Shown: positions 10,209-19,483, counted from the stretch's first letter. The stretch: 64,000 nt of DNA from an uncultured Planctomycetia bacterium (GCA_964634945.1 CAZWMG010000007.1:3488-67487); one strand, 5' to 3'. Numbers and translations are program-made. Notes: generated from the sequence alone by a model not told the origin.

Positions 10209-12119
10209 TCAGGGTGCGTCTATATCTGCTTTATACTCATTTATTGTATTGCGCAGGAGCCTGCAATATAGATCAAAGCCCACAGCAGCGATATATCCAT
10301 GTTGTTGAGTTCCTAGTATATTCCCCGCTCCCCTTATCTGAAGGTCTTCCATTGCTATCTTAAAACCTGAACCCAGCTCAGTAAAGCGTCCTACGGCCCT
10401 GAGCCTTCTCTTCGCGTCTCCTATAATAGGGTAATTCTTTGGTACCAGGCATATCGCGTAAGCCTTTACATTAAATCTGCCTACCCTGCCCTTAAGCTGA
10501 TAAAGATCCGCTAAACCAAATCTATCCGCGCGATTTATAATAATGGTATTCGCGTTTGGTATGTCTATGCCTGATTCAATAATAGTTGTAGAGACCAATA
10601 CATCTATCTCTCCATTTATAAACTGGAGCATTATCCTCTCAAGCTCCTTAGGAGATATCCTGCCATGCGCAACACAAATACGTACCCTCTCTCCCATAAG
10701 TGCCTTTAGCCTTGATGCGATCTTTTCTATGCCTTTAATCCTATTATTAACAAAGAAAACCTGCCCACCTCTATTAAGTTCGCGCTCTATAGCTTTTTTG
10801 ATCAAATTATCACTATATGAGCTAATAGTAGTCTTTATCGGAATCCTGTCAAGCGGCGCTGTATTGATTGATGACATATCTCTTGCGCCGGTAAGAGACA
10901 TGTATAGTGTGCGAGGTATCGGTGTAGCTGTCATTGTAAGAACATCTATGAGAAGCCTGAGCTTCTTCAGCTTCTCCTTAGCCTTTACACCAAAACGCTG
11001 TTCTTCATCTATGATAACAAGCCCTAGATCTTTAAACGCAATATCATCTGATAAAAGCCTGTGCGTTCCTATTACAATATCTACAGATCCTTCCCGTAGC
11101 TCTTTCAATACCTCTTTTTGCTCTGCCTTTGTTCTAAAACGTGAAAGCATCTGTATATTAACGGGAAACTCACGCATTCTTTGGCAGAAAGTATTGTAAT
11201 GCTGTTCAGCTAATATAGTAGTGGGTACTAATATACCTACCTGCTTATTATCCATTACAGCCTTGAATGCGGCCCTTAAAGCAACCTCTGTCTTACCGTA
11301 ACCTACATCACCACACAATAGCCTATCCATAGGCTTTGCCTTCTCCATGTCAGAGGTTACATCAAAACAAGCGCTTGCCTGATCGATCGTATCCTTGTAA
11401 GGAAAAGACGCTTCCAGCTTGTACTGCCAATCAGTATTTTTTGAGAACGCAAACCCCTTAAGCTTTGTCCTGCTTGCCTGCATCTGAAGCAACTCCATAG
11501 CGTAAGACGCGGCTATCTTTTTAGTCCTCTGCTTTAACTTCTTCCACGCATTTGTTCCCAGCTTACTTAACTTGGGGCTAGACCTATAAAAACTCAAATA
11601 TTTCTGTATAAGATTGATCTCTTCTACGGGCACATACAGCTTATCTTTATCCGCATACTCGATCAGGATATAATTTTTGTAACTGCCGTCCTTCTCCTGT
11701 ATTTTTTTTATGCCTCTATATATCCCTATACCATGATCTATATGCACAACTGAATCGCCAGAGATTATATCAACAAAATTATCTATAGGCACCTCTTCAC
11801 CAACACCATGGAATAGAGTGGACTTGGCTGAAGAATATAATGTTTTTCGCGGAAGTATTATGACCATCTGGTGGGTAGCGGTAACTTCGGCGGTAACCAG
11901 GCTAAAAGACCTTATGGTATCAATTGTATCCTGACAAAGGTCTAATCGCACAGGGGCCTCGAAACCACTGGGAAAGATATCGATAACCCCTCCCCTATGG
12001 GCAAAGTCCCCCTCCCCAGCGACAAAATCTGTTATCTTGTAGCCTAGCCTGGTCAGATCTTTAAGGAGCGGTTCCTTCTCCTGGTTCTGATGGGCATATA
12101 GTTTGATCGATTCAAGCAT
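10209..12119 (-). CDS. mfd: transcription-repair coupling factor, short form (probable ATG at 12119; the ORF-track extension to 12161 lies inside a repeat)
   Basis: RGGVIDIFP (UvrB-like D2), VVHIDHGIG (RID), GDVGYGKTEVA, DEEQRFG, QLKGRVGR, DLQIRGAGNILG. Confidence 0.92.
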   Translation of the reverse strand: MLESIKLYAHQNQEKEPLLKDLTRLGYKITDFVAGEGDFAHRGGVIDIFPSGFEAPVRLDLCQDTIDTIRSFSLVTAEVTATHQMVIILPRKTLYSSAKSTLFHGVGEEVPIDNFVDIISGDSVVHIDHGIGIYRGIKKIQEKDGSYKNYILIEYADKDKLYVPVEEINLIQKYLSFYRSSPKLSKLGTNAWKKLKQRTKKIAASYAMELLQMQASRTKLKGFAFSKNTDWQYKLEASFPYKDTIDQASACFDVTSDMEKAKPMDRLLCGDVGYGKTEVALRAAFKAVMDNKQVGILVPTTILAEQHYNTFCQRMREFPVNIQMLSRFRTKAEQKEVLKELREGSVDIVIGTHRLLSDDIAFKDLGLVIIDEEQRFGVKAKEKLKKLRLLIDVLTMTATPIPRTLYMSLTGARDMSSINTAPLDRIPIKTTISSYSDNLIKKAIERELNRGGQVFFVNNRIKGIEKIASRLKALMGERVRICVAHGRISPKELERIMLQFINGEIDVLVSTTIIESGIDIPNANTIIINRADRFGLADLYQLKGRVGRFNVKAYAICLVPKNYPIIGDAKRRLRAVGRFTELGSGFKIAMEDLQIRGAGNILGTQQHGYIAAVGFDLYCRLLRNTINEYKADIDAP

Positions 12120-12137
12120 TGTTCGGGGACGAGTATT

Positions 12138-12301
12138 AGGGGACGGTCCTAAAGGGGACACCCCTACGATTGGATTTTACTGTTTTTTTGCTCTTTTTAA
12201 ACAACAATATCTTGCCTTAAGTAAACATATTAGCAATACATATTCTTATAAAATCTTATAAATTTCCGTGCTTAGGGGTGTCCCCTTTAGGACCGTCCCC
12301 T
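12138..12301. mobile_element. MITE/REPIN-like element, family A copy 1, with perfect 29-bp terminal inverted repeats
   Basis: AGGGGACGGTCCTAAAGGGGACACCCCTA (12138-12166) and its exact reverse complement (12273-12301) flank an AT-rich core. Confidence 0.8.
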
Positions 12302-12317
12302 GAATTAGTCCCCTGAA

Positions 12318-13997
12318 TTACATTTTGTCAGGACAGGAAACCCCTAATAGGGCAAGAGATTGCGAAAAAACAACCTTGAGTGACTCAATAAGAACTAAAC
12401 GAGCAGATGTAAGATCAGCATCATCACTGACTACACGATGTTTTGAATAAAAAACATGAAAAACAGCTGCCAACTCCATAAGATACGATACAAGCCTATA
12501 CGGCTCCAGGCGTTGCGCTGACTCCTCCAATGCTTCAGGAAATTCTCGTAATGTCCTTAGAATATTTAGCTCTTCTTTCGAAGAAAGCATATCCAGGGCT
12601 TTACCTTTACCTTTACCTTTACCCTGTTTATCCTTATGTCCTAATATCCCGCATATTCTTGCGTGCGCGTATTGTATATAATATACGGGGTTTTCCATAG
12701 ACTCTTTCTTGGCAAGCTCAATATCAAAATCGAGATGGCTATCTCTGCGCCTTGTAAGAAAGAAAAATCTTGTTACATCCTTACCTACCTCATCGATCAC
12801 TTCACGTAAGGTTATAAATTCTCCTTCTCTGGTAGACATGCGTACAGGCGTACCTGACCTTGAAAGAGTAACAAGCTGTACTATTAAAACATGGAGCAGA
12901 TTTGCGTCTTTACCAATCGCCTGGCATGCGGCCTTCATACGCGGTATATAACCATGGTGATCCGGGCCCCAGAGGTCAATAAGCATGTCAAAGCCTCTGT
13001 AAAACTTATCCTTATGATACGCGATATCAGGGGTTATATAAGTATAGGTTCCATCGCTCTTACGCAACACCCTATCCTTATCATCGCCAAATCTTGTTGA
13101 TGAGAACCAGAGGGCTCCATCTTTTTCATACAGAAATCCCTTTTCCTCAAGCTCTTTTAAAACCTTCTCTACCTTTCCTGATTCACTAAGCTTGCGTTGA
13201 GAATAATAGCTATCAAACTTCACACTAAAATCTGATAGATCTTTTTTGATGCCATCCATTATACGCTTTGTACCAAAATCGCGAAAAAAAGATAACTTCC
13301 CATCATCGGTTGGAGCGATAGCTGTATTGCTATTTTCTATTATATCCTTCGCGAGGTCACATATATATTCCCCTCTATATCCTGCCTCAGGGAAGGCACA
13401 GGCTTCTCCGGATAATTCACAGTATCTAGCATATATAGATCTTCCAAGAAGCTCAATCTGGTTACCTTCATCATTAAGATAATATTCTCTGACAACCTGG
13501 TAACCGGTGTATTCCAAAATATTAGCGAGGACATCGCCTATAGCAGCCTGCCTTCCGTGCGCTACACTTAAGGGCCCTGTTGGATTAGCGCTGACAAACT
13601 CTAATAAAACTTTTTTATTCTCACCCTGCGCGCTTCGCCCAAAATCAGGCCCATCTGATAATATCTGATTCACAATAGACTGAAGATAACTACTTGAAAA
13701 ATGAAAGTTTACAAAACCCGGTGGCTTCGCCTCAACAGCGCTAATCGTATCTTTCAACTCGGTTTTCTCGATACCTTCCTTTATAAGTTGCGAAAGATTT
13801 TCTGCTATTTCAAGCGGCTTAAGGCCTTTCTTGGTCTTACATATCTGCATAGCCATATTGGTGGATAAGTCCGCAAGTTCTCTTTTTTTAGGCACCTCAA
13901 GCATGATTTCAGGCAGCTCATTTATATCTAACCCGGTTGCTACGGATTTAACAGCGATCCTTATAATACCAATTAGCTGTGATTTGATGTCCAACAC
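12318..13997 (-). CDS. argS: arginine--tRNA ligase
   Basis: EFVSANPTGPLSVAHGR (HIGH-like), MSTREG, YYIQYAHAR. Confidence 0.97.
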   Translation of the reverse strand: MLDIKSQLIGIIRIAVKSVATGLDINELPEIMLEVPKKRELADLSTNMAMQICKTKKGLKPLEIAENLSQLIKEGIEKTELKDTISAVEAKPPGFVNFHFSSSYLQSIVNQILSDGPDFGRSAQGENKKVLLEFVSANPTGPLSVAHGRQAAIGDVLANILEYTGYQVVREYYLNDEGNQIELLGRSIYARYCELSGEACAFPEAGYRGEYICDLAKDIIENSNTAIAPTDDGKLSFFRDFGTKRIMDGIKKDLSDFSVKFDSYYSQRKLSESGKVEKVLKELEEKGFLYEKDGALWFSSTRFGDDKDRVLRKSDGTYTYITPDIAYHKDKFYRGFDMLIDLWGPDHHGYIPRMKAACQAIGKDANLLHVLIVQLVTLSRSGTPVRMSTREGEFITLREVIDEVGKDVTRFFFLTRRRDSHLDFDIELAKKESMENPVYYIQYAHARICGILGHKDKQGKGKGKGKALDMLSSKEELNILRTLREFPEALEESAQRLEPYRLVSYLMELAAVFHVFYSKHRVVSDDADLTSARLVLIESLKVVFSQSLALLGVSCPDKM

Positions 13998-14057
13998 TCT
14001 TTGCGCCTCCTCTTCCTTGCGATACCGGGAATAAACATAGATTTCCCATACTGCTAA

Positions 14058-14103
14058 ATAGGGACATATCCTATCAATTTAACTGGTTAGGATATGCCCC
14101 TAT
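14058..14103. repeat. hairpin related to the family A repeat ends
   Basis: ATAGGGACATATCCTA ... TAGGATATGCCCCTAT inverted repeat. Confidence 0.55.
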
Positions 14104-14207
14104 ATAATTCACTAACACGCTACTTTGCTTGCCTCTATCCAAAGGGATCCTGCGCTTATAGCACCACATAATATCCCTATTAACCACACCATCGTACTGT
14201 TTTAGGA

Positions 14208-14567
14208 TTAGGTTCCCACACTTACCTTTACCTGCTTCGCGGTACCCCAAAGTCTCTCTAGATTATAAAAACCGCGTGCATCTTTATGAAAGATGTGAAC
14301 TACTACATCAATATAATCCAGAAGCATCCAATGGTTGTCGACTTTTCCCTACGAGCGATAAAGCTTTATCTTTTGGCGAGCAAGTGAATCCTCTATATAC
14401 CTTGCTATAGCTACTGCCAGTCTGGAAGAACCTGCACTCGCGATAACAAAATAATCACAGAAAGTAGCTACCTTCTGCATATCAAGAATTCTTATATCTT
14501 CGGCCTTCTTTTGTAATGCTAGGTTACCTACGATTAAGGCCTTTTTCTTCGCATCGGTATTGACAAC
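14208..14567 (-). pseudogene. rsfS: ribosome silencing factor RsfS with in-frame TAG (14349-14351) and no canonical start codon
   Basis: Manual translation ...KKAEDIRILDMQKVATFCDYFVIASAGS...[39 protein letters not shown] carries the RsfS motifs. Confidence 0.8.
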
Positions 14568-14572
14568 CTATG

Positions 14573-14716
14573 CTATTTGCCCATTATCCTATACATGCCT
14601 GTTGTACAATCAGGGCACTTGCCCTTCATAGCTTTTCTGCCATTCTTCATTGTTACTTCCTGCGCGTCCTTCATTTCTTTCTTTGCTTTACATTTAACAC
14701 AATATGCTTCTGCCAT
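14573..14716 (-). CDS. 47-aa basic zinc-ribbon protein, DUF5679-like (below the ORF-track cutoff)
   Basis: MAEAYCVKCKAKKEMKDAQEVTMKNGRKAMKGKCPDCTTGMYRIMGK; two CxxC; GGAGGAG RBS and its own promoter. Confidence 0.85.
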   Translation of the reverse strand: MAEAYCVKCKAKKEMKDAQEVTMKNGRKAMKGKCPDCTTGMYRIMGK

Positions 14717-14740
14717 ATCTCCTCCTCTTATTTTTTTGGT

Positions 14741-14769
14741 ATTTTAACATACAGCCATCACTTAGTCAA
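14741..14769 (-). promoter_or_regulatory. sigma70-like promoter for the DUF5679-like gene / rsfS
   Basis: TTGACT-17 nt-TAAAAT on the minus strand. Confidence 0.6.
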
Positions 14770-14849
14770 GGCAATTAGCAAAACATTTATAAAAGATTAA
14801 GTCTTATCCGCAGCCATGCATGGGGTTTTAACAAAACGAGCCCGCTTTC

Positions 14850-16745
14850 TCATTCGTAACTAATCGCGATCTGCAGGGTCTCTTTATGCTTGTCAATACT
14901 TTTAGGAAACAGCGGAAATGGCGCCGCGTTTATCACACTCTGTAGACCCAATTCGGATAAATTCTGATCATTACCTCTATAGATCTTTGGGGTCGACGCG
15001 AGCCTGCCATAACGATCTATCTCAAAGGAGATTGTAACCTCACCATAGATAGGGATGCTTGGCCTTCTTTTCTCAACCTCTTCATTTATCATTGATACTA
15101 TAAGATCATGGTATTGATCTGGGGCCATATTGTCTGTATCGATATCTCTGCCTGTGTTTATGTCACCAAAAAATTGATCGATAGCGATATCCTGCGCAAC
15201 TTTGCCAACAGTAAGAAGATTGCTGGGTTCCTGGCCATCAATAATATGAGGAGTAAGGAATATAACCAACTCTGTCTTCTCGGGATTTGTATTATCACCA
15301 CTGCCTATAGTCCTTGAACGAAACAGGTTGCCAAGCAAGGGGATGTCTGCAAGCCCGGGTACTTCTTTTACGTTTTCCCTTATATTCTCTTCTATAAGAC
15401 CTCCTATCAGTACCGTAGCTCCGTTCTTTACCATAACTGTTGTCTCTGTTGTAGTAGTCTTTACTATAGGTATGGTATTCTGACTGCTCTCTATTACAAA
15501 ATCGCCTGTCTTTGAGCTTACTTCCGGCTTTATCTTCATCGTAACAAAATCATCGTCGTTAACAGTCGGTGTCACAATAAGCTGTATCCCTAGATCAATA
15601 AAGGTGACGTTTTCCGCTTCAATGTTTCCGGTTCCACCACTGCCCTGGCTTATTGTACGGGTAGCGTAAGGTTGATTTGTACCGACTAAAATACTTGCCT
15701 CTTCATTATTAATGACAGCTATTCTTGGAGAAGATAACAACTTTGTCTCTCCATACTCTTTTAATGCCTGGACAACAGCCTGATACCCCTCTGTGCTCAA
15801 ATTTCCTATTTGAAGAGCCCCGCCGGAACCGGATGATGTCGTAGTAGGTATAATACTGGCTTGATCCGCGTATTTTAAGCCAACTCCAAGCGTTGCTATC
15901 GCCTTGTTCATATTTGAAAATACCGCATCCCAGTTAATGCCTGTCTTGTAATCGTCATTCAGCGTTATCTGCAATATCTTTGCCTCTATGACAACTTCCT
16001 TGTGCTTCTCATCAAACGCGGTAATAACCTGATCAAAAACAGGTATCTTCTCTGAAAGATCTGTAATAATTACCTTGTTCGTACGCTCGTCTATACGCAG
16101 GCTTCCTACGTTGTCTGTGAGCATCTCACTCAACCTCTCCTTCATCTCATCAACCTTTGCGTACTGCAATGAATAGACCTTGGTCTCTAGCGGGATATCA
16201 AGCCCTTTTATTATCTTCTCCATCTCCGCTACAACCTTTGGAATATCCATAAGCACTACCGTATCAGATGTGTCATCCGCTACAACCCTTCCTATATTAG
16301 TCTTAAACTGAGAGATAGCTTTTGCTATATCCTCTGCTGTAGCATGACGAAGCTTAATAGATTTTACAATGCGCCTGTCCTCATACTTTTTACCATAGGT
16401 TAATTCATAGTCACGCTCTGTCATTACATATATTATATTATTGCGCTTTTCGAATGCGAGGCCATTTGCCGCTATGATTATCTCAAACGCTTCCCAGATA
16501 TCAACATTCTTTAGAAATAGCGTTACCTTACCTGTCACATTCTTGCCCGCAATAATATTAAGATCGCCTCTCATAGATAGGAGTCTAAAGACGTCCAGGA
16601 TGTCCATGCCTTTGATATCAAGTGAAAGCTTCTCTATGGGCTCAGTCGCCATTGAGACGCTCGTCTGCGCAGATAGGCGACTTTGCGGAACAATTATCAA
16701 TGATAAGATCAATATTGCCATTGATATCTTCTTCATTATTTTCAA
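14850..16745 (-). CDS. gspD: secretin (GspD/PilQ family) with N-terminal STN-like domain and C-terminal TonB/TolA-C-like extension
   Basis: VVIEAKIL, LLSSPRIAVINNEEASILVG, GATVLIGGLI, VPGLADIPLLGNLFR, ELVIFLTPHII; about 90 extra C-terminal aa. Confidence 0.88.
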   Translation of the reverse strand: MKIMKKISMAILILSLIIVPQSRLSAQTSVSMATEPIEKLSLDIKGMDILDVFRLLSMRGDLNIIAGKNVTGKVTLFLKNVDIWEAFEIIIAANGLAFEKRNNIIYVMTERDYELTYGKKYEDRRIVKSIKLRHATAEDIAKAISQFKTNIGRVVADDTSDTVVLMDIPKVVAEMEKIIKGLDIPLETKVYSLQYAKVDEMKERLSEMLTDNVGSLRIDERTNKVIITDLSEKIPVFDQVITAFDEKHKEVVIEAKILQITLNDDYKTGINWDAVFSNMNKAIATLGVGLKYADQASIIPTTTSSGSGGALQIGNLSTEGYQAVVQALKEYGETKLLSSPRIAVINNEEASILVGTNQPYATRTISQGSGGTGNIEAENVTFIDLGIQLIVTPTVNDDDFVTMKIKPEVSSKTGDFVIESSQNTIPIVKTTTTETTVMVKNGATVLIGGLIEENIRENVKEVPGLADIPLLGNLFRSRTIGSGDNTNPEKTELVIFLTPHIIDGQEPSNLLTVGKVAQDIAIDQFFGDINTGRDIDTDNMAPDQYHDLIVSMINEEVEKRRPSIPIYGEVTISFEIDRYGRLASTPKIYRGNDQNLSELGLQSVINAAPFPLFPKSIDKHKETLQIAISYE

Positions 16746-16793
16746 CCCCCCGATTTTTTAGTCTTGTAACCTTGAAACTGCTTCGAATGCTTC

Positions 16794-17585
16794 TTACAAT
16801 GAAAGCGTTATGGTCTCATCATCGCTTTCCAGTATTACCCTACCGCTCTGTATCTCTTTAACCCTGATAGTATCAATCATCTCGCCTTCTTTTAAAAATA
16901 GGGTCTGCGCGTTTTTCTTATCCTCTATAATGACCTGCGGATAGTCTCCGGGTATTATACCGACCAGGCTTAAATCCTTTACCAAGTCGCGAAGGCCTGG
17001 CGCTGCTGTATCTTTTTGTTTAATATCATTCCTAATAGGCGGCGCAAAGATAGCCTTCTTACTCAGCAGCTTCTGATAATCCTCAAAGGATGCGCCGGGC
17101 CTCTCATTCTTGGGGGCCGCTTTTTTGCTGGCCCCTTTTTCAACAGGTAAAGGCTTTTCTGATTTAAGTTTTTCAGCCTCTCCTGAGTCAGAAAATGATT
17201 TTATTAGCAGCTTCAGATTTTCCACCTCCTGATCGCCTTTGCCGATCAAGGTATTAAATACAAAATATCCTGATAAAAGAACTGCAGTAATGAATAAACC
17301 AAGAATCATATAATTAATATTTAAAATAGGCTTTAATGGCTGCGGAGCCTCGTGAGCATTCTCTTCGGGATTAAGCCTATTAGCAGCACTCGATGCATTG
17401 TCACCTTGCCGCGGTTTATCGCCTTGGACCGGACCACTATCAGAACTGCGCGCGGATTTCTCTTTCTCGCGTGAAACCGCTTCCACCTTTGGCTCTTCAG
17501 CTTTTGGTTGAACAGGAATAAGGTGGTCCTTTTTTCCCTTTATCAGATGGAGCAGTTTTTCTTCGGGTGAAAATTCATTTGTCAT
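16794..17585 (-). CDS. bitopic membrane protein with GspC/PilP-like C-terminal domain
   Basis: Single TM; C-terminal LSLVGII...VIIED...FLKEGEMI...VKEIQSGRVIL; next to the secretin. Confidence 0.65.
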   Translation of the reverse strand: MTNEFSPEEKLLHLIKGKKDHLIPVQPKAEEPKVEAVSREKEKSARSSDSGPVQGDKPRQGDNASSAANRLNPEENAHEAPQPLKPILNINYMILGLFITAVLLSGYFVFNTLIGKGDQEVENLKLLIKSFSDSGEAEKLKSEKPLPVEKGASKKAAPKNERPGASFEDYQKLLSKKAIFAPPIRNDIKQKDTAAPGLRDLVKDLSLVGIIPGDYPQVIIEDKKNAQTLFLKEGEMIDTIRVKEIQSGRVILESDDETITLSL

Positions 17586-17586
17586 A

Positions 17587-18411
17587 TCATCTTACCTCAC
17601 GTGCCATTATCTCTTCGATAAGACTTTCATCAACGATCTTGCTCTCTCTCATAATAAGCATCTCAAGCGCGTCATGACAAAGCATTGATATTTTCCTTGG
17701 ATAACCTTGGGTATGTTCGTATATGTGCCTTATCGCGCTATCTGTAAAAAGCTGTTCACTCTTTATGTAACCTGCCTGTTTTAACCTAAAATTGATAAGC
17801 GCCTTGGTCTCTTGTTCATCAAGTGGATTAATAATATATTTAAGATTTATCCTATCCATGAAATTTTTTATTCTTCGTATCTTTGGAAGCAGCTCTATCT
17901 GCGAGAGTATAACGAGCTGCAATAACTTATACTGATTAGTCTCGTAGTTTAAGAGTGTCCTTAATATCTCAATCTGTGTAGGGGTAAGCTTCTGCCCCTC
18001 ATCAATAAGCAAGACTATTGTTTTGTTCTCGTTAACACCTTTTTGAAACAAGTACTTCTCCAATGCGTCCTTGTAATCAAGCGTTGATCGAAATGCTGGG
18101 CTTACACCAAAGATCTTACCCAAGCTTGATAAAAACTGAAACTCAGTCTTATAGCTAGGATCAAGTATCATATGGAATATAAAATCTGACTCATCGTTAA
18201 AAAGCTGTATCAACATCCTGCTTAAGGTTGTCTTTCCTGTTCCCACATCCCCTAAAATCACATTTAACCCCCTTCGCAGACGTATGGCTATCTCTAATCT
18301 CTTTAATGCCGAGTCATGCGAAGAAGAAGGATAAAAGAACTGTGGATCAGGGCTCGTTGAAAACGGCTCTGATTGCAAATGCAATGCTTCATAATAACTC
18401 ATCTTCACCAA
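17587..18411 (-). CDS. ExeA/GspA-like AAA ATPase
   Basis: EPFSTSPDPQFFY, GDVGTGKTT, LLIDEGQ, GYPRKISMLC. Confidence 0.88.
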   Translation of the reverse strand: MVKMSYYEALHLQSEPFSTSPDPQFFYPSSSHDSALKRLEIAIRLRRGLNVILGDVGTGKTTLSRMLIQLFNDESDFIFHMILDPSYKTEFQFLSSLGKIFGVSPAFRSTLDYKDALEKYLFQKGVNENKTIVLLIDEGQKLTPTQIEILRTLLNYETNQYKLLQLVILSQIELLPKIRRIKNFMDRINLKYIINPLDEQETKALINFRLKQAGYIKSEQLFTDSAIRHIYEHTQGYPRKISMLCHDALEMLIMRESKIVDESLIEEIMAREVR

Positions 18412-18640
18412 TCCTAATGTTTACAAGTTTTCCTCTTATCTGTTCCAGAGACCTGCCCTCTTTTCGCAGGCCCCTGATGCGCTTTAGCTGCTCAACTGTT
18501 GAATCATCGAAAAATCTAAAATTCGTCTCTATGCCCCTGCTAATCTCCTTTATGAGCTCTATCTTTAGGTAAAACTTTAATGTATCTACAGAATAACCTG
18601 TTACTTGAGCAAGATCTCTTATTAAATATATATTCTTCAA
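18389..18640 (-). CDS. small MerR-family HTH protein
   Basis: IRDLAQVTGYSVDTLKFY...LI...RFF...LKRIRGLRKEGRSLEQI; TTG start with GAGG RBS. Confidence 0.8.
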   Translation of the reverse strand: MKNIYLIRDLAQVTGYSVDTLKFYLKIELIKEISRGIETNFRFFDDSTVEQLKRIRGLRKEGRSLEQIRGKLVNIRIGEDELL

Positions 18641-18699
18641 TTAAACCTCATTATCCGCCTACACTCTTTTTCAACTACCTATATCGTGTCCTAGTTTCA

Positions 18700-18754
18700 G
18701 CGGATTAATTCGCCCATCTTCTTGCTTTCGCAAGAAAGCAGAGGGGTTCATTAA
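18700..18754. repeat. palindromic repeat family B, partial copy in opposite orientation
   Basis: Reverse complement AATGAACCCCTCTGCTTTCTTGCGAAAGCAAGAAGATGGGCGAATTAA matches the copies at 24245 and 42651. Confidence 0.7.
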
Positions 18755-18844
18755 AATAATAAATCCAGCAGTGAGCTGGATAATTATGAGTGATCTCTAT
18801 CACTCCATAGATAGGGAGCCCACCTTCTCCCCATCTATGGAGTT

Positions 18845-18873
18845 AGTTTATTATATTTTTACTCTATTGTCAA
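18845..18873 (-). promoter_or_regulatory. sigma70-like promoter for merR-exeA-gspC-gspD
   Basis: TTGACA-17 nt-TAAACT. Confidence 0.55.
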
Positions 18874-18907
18874 CTGGTTGTGAGAAAAAAACATAGAAAA
18901 ACAAGGG

Positions 18908-18935
18908 CCACTACTCCCTATATAGGGAGTAGTGG
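18908..18935 (-). terminator. perfect 28-bp palindrome downstream of pilO, probable intrinsic terminator
   Basis: CCACTACTCCCTATATAGGGAGTAGTGG, followed on the minus strand by a T-rich run. Confidence 0.55.
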
Positions 18936-18949
18936 TTGGAAGGATTGTT

Positions 18950-19483
18950 TCATTTTATTGCCAGTTTAGATATGAGCATGGAAGACCTTATGGCTACACC
19001 TTGCTGGCTACTCCTGGTATTGAGACTCAGCTTTTCAATCTTAAGCATCTGTCCGGAATTTTTAATGCGGTATATAAACTGCATAAGCGCATTCATGTCT
19101 GATTCAGTTTCTATCTCAACAGTAAACTTGCTATAATAATCCTTATGGCGTGGTGGCTTTGGCCTCATGCTTGTAATGCTAAGGCCTGAACCGCTGGCAG
19201 CCTTTTCGATCTCATCCAGTATAAGAGTTATGTCCTGCTCATCACTCCCTTTAGACTTAAGTTTTTTCTCATATTTTAGATACTCAGCATCTACCTTCTG
19301 CTTATCTTTTATAAGCGAGAGTGACTTTTTTAATTTTACCTTGACAATCTCTATTCTGCTATTGGCGCTGTGCCACCTCATAAAAAGTGGCTCTATTAAA
19401 AAATTATAACATAGCCCTATAATCGTAACTATGACTACGCTAACAAGTATCCTCTTTTCACGTTTTGACATTTTCTTCAGCAT
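18950..19483 (-). CDS. PilO/GspM-like inner-membrane platform protein
   Basis: MSKREKRIL + TM, coiled coil, ferredoxin-like C-terminus; operon position. Confidence 0.75.
   Translation of the reverse strand: MLKKMSKREKRILVSVVIVTIIGLCYNFLIEPLFMRWHSANSRIEIVKVKLKKSLSLIKDKQKVDAEYLKYEKKLKSKGSDEQDITLILDEIEKAASGSGLSITSMRPKPPRHKDYYSKFTVEIETESDMNALMQFIYRIKNSGQMLKIEKLSLNTRSSQQGVAIRSSMLISKLAIK

Noticed and set aside
14113-14193. 26-aa hydrophobic minus-strand ORF (MVWLIGILCGAISAGSLWIEASKVAC) after rsfS
   Set aside because: No clear RBS or homology evidence; too short to support
14349-14351. Genome-wide TAG recoding
   Set aside because: TAG serves as the normal stop of several intact genes (e.g. gspE, uvrA, lysA) and only rsfS is interrupted
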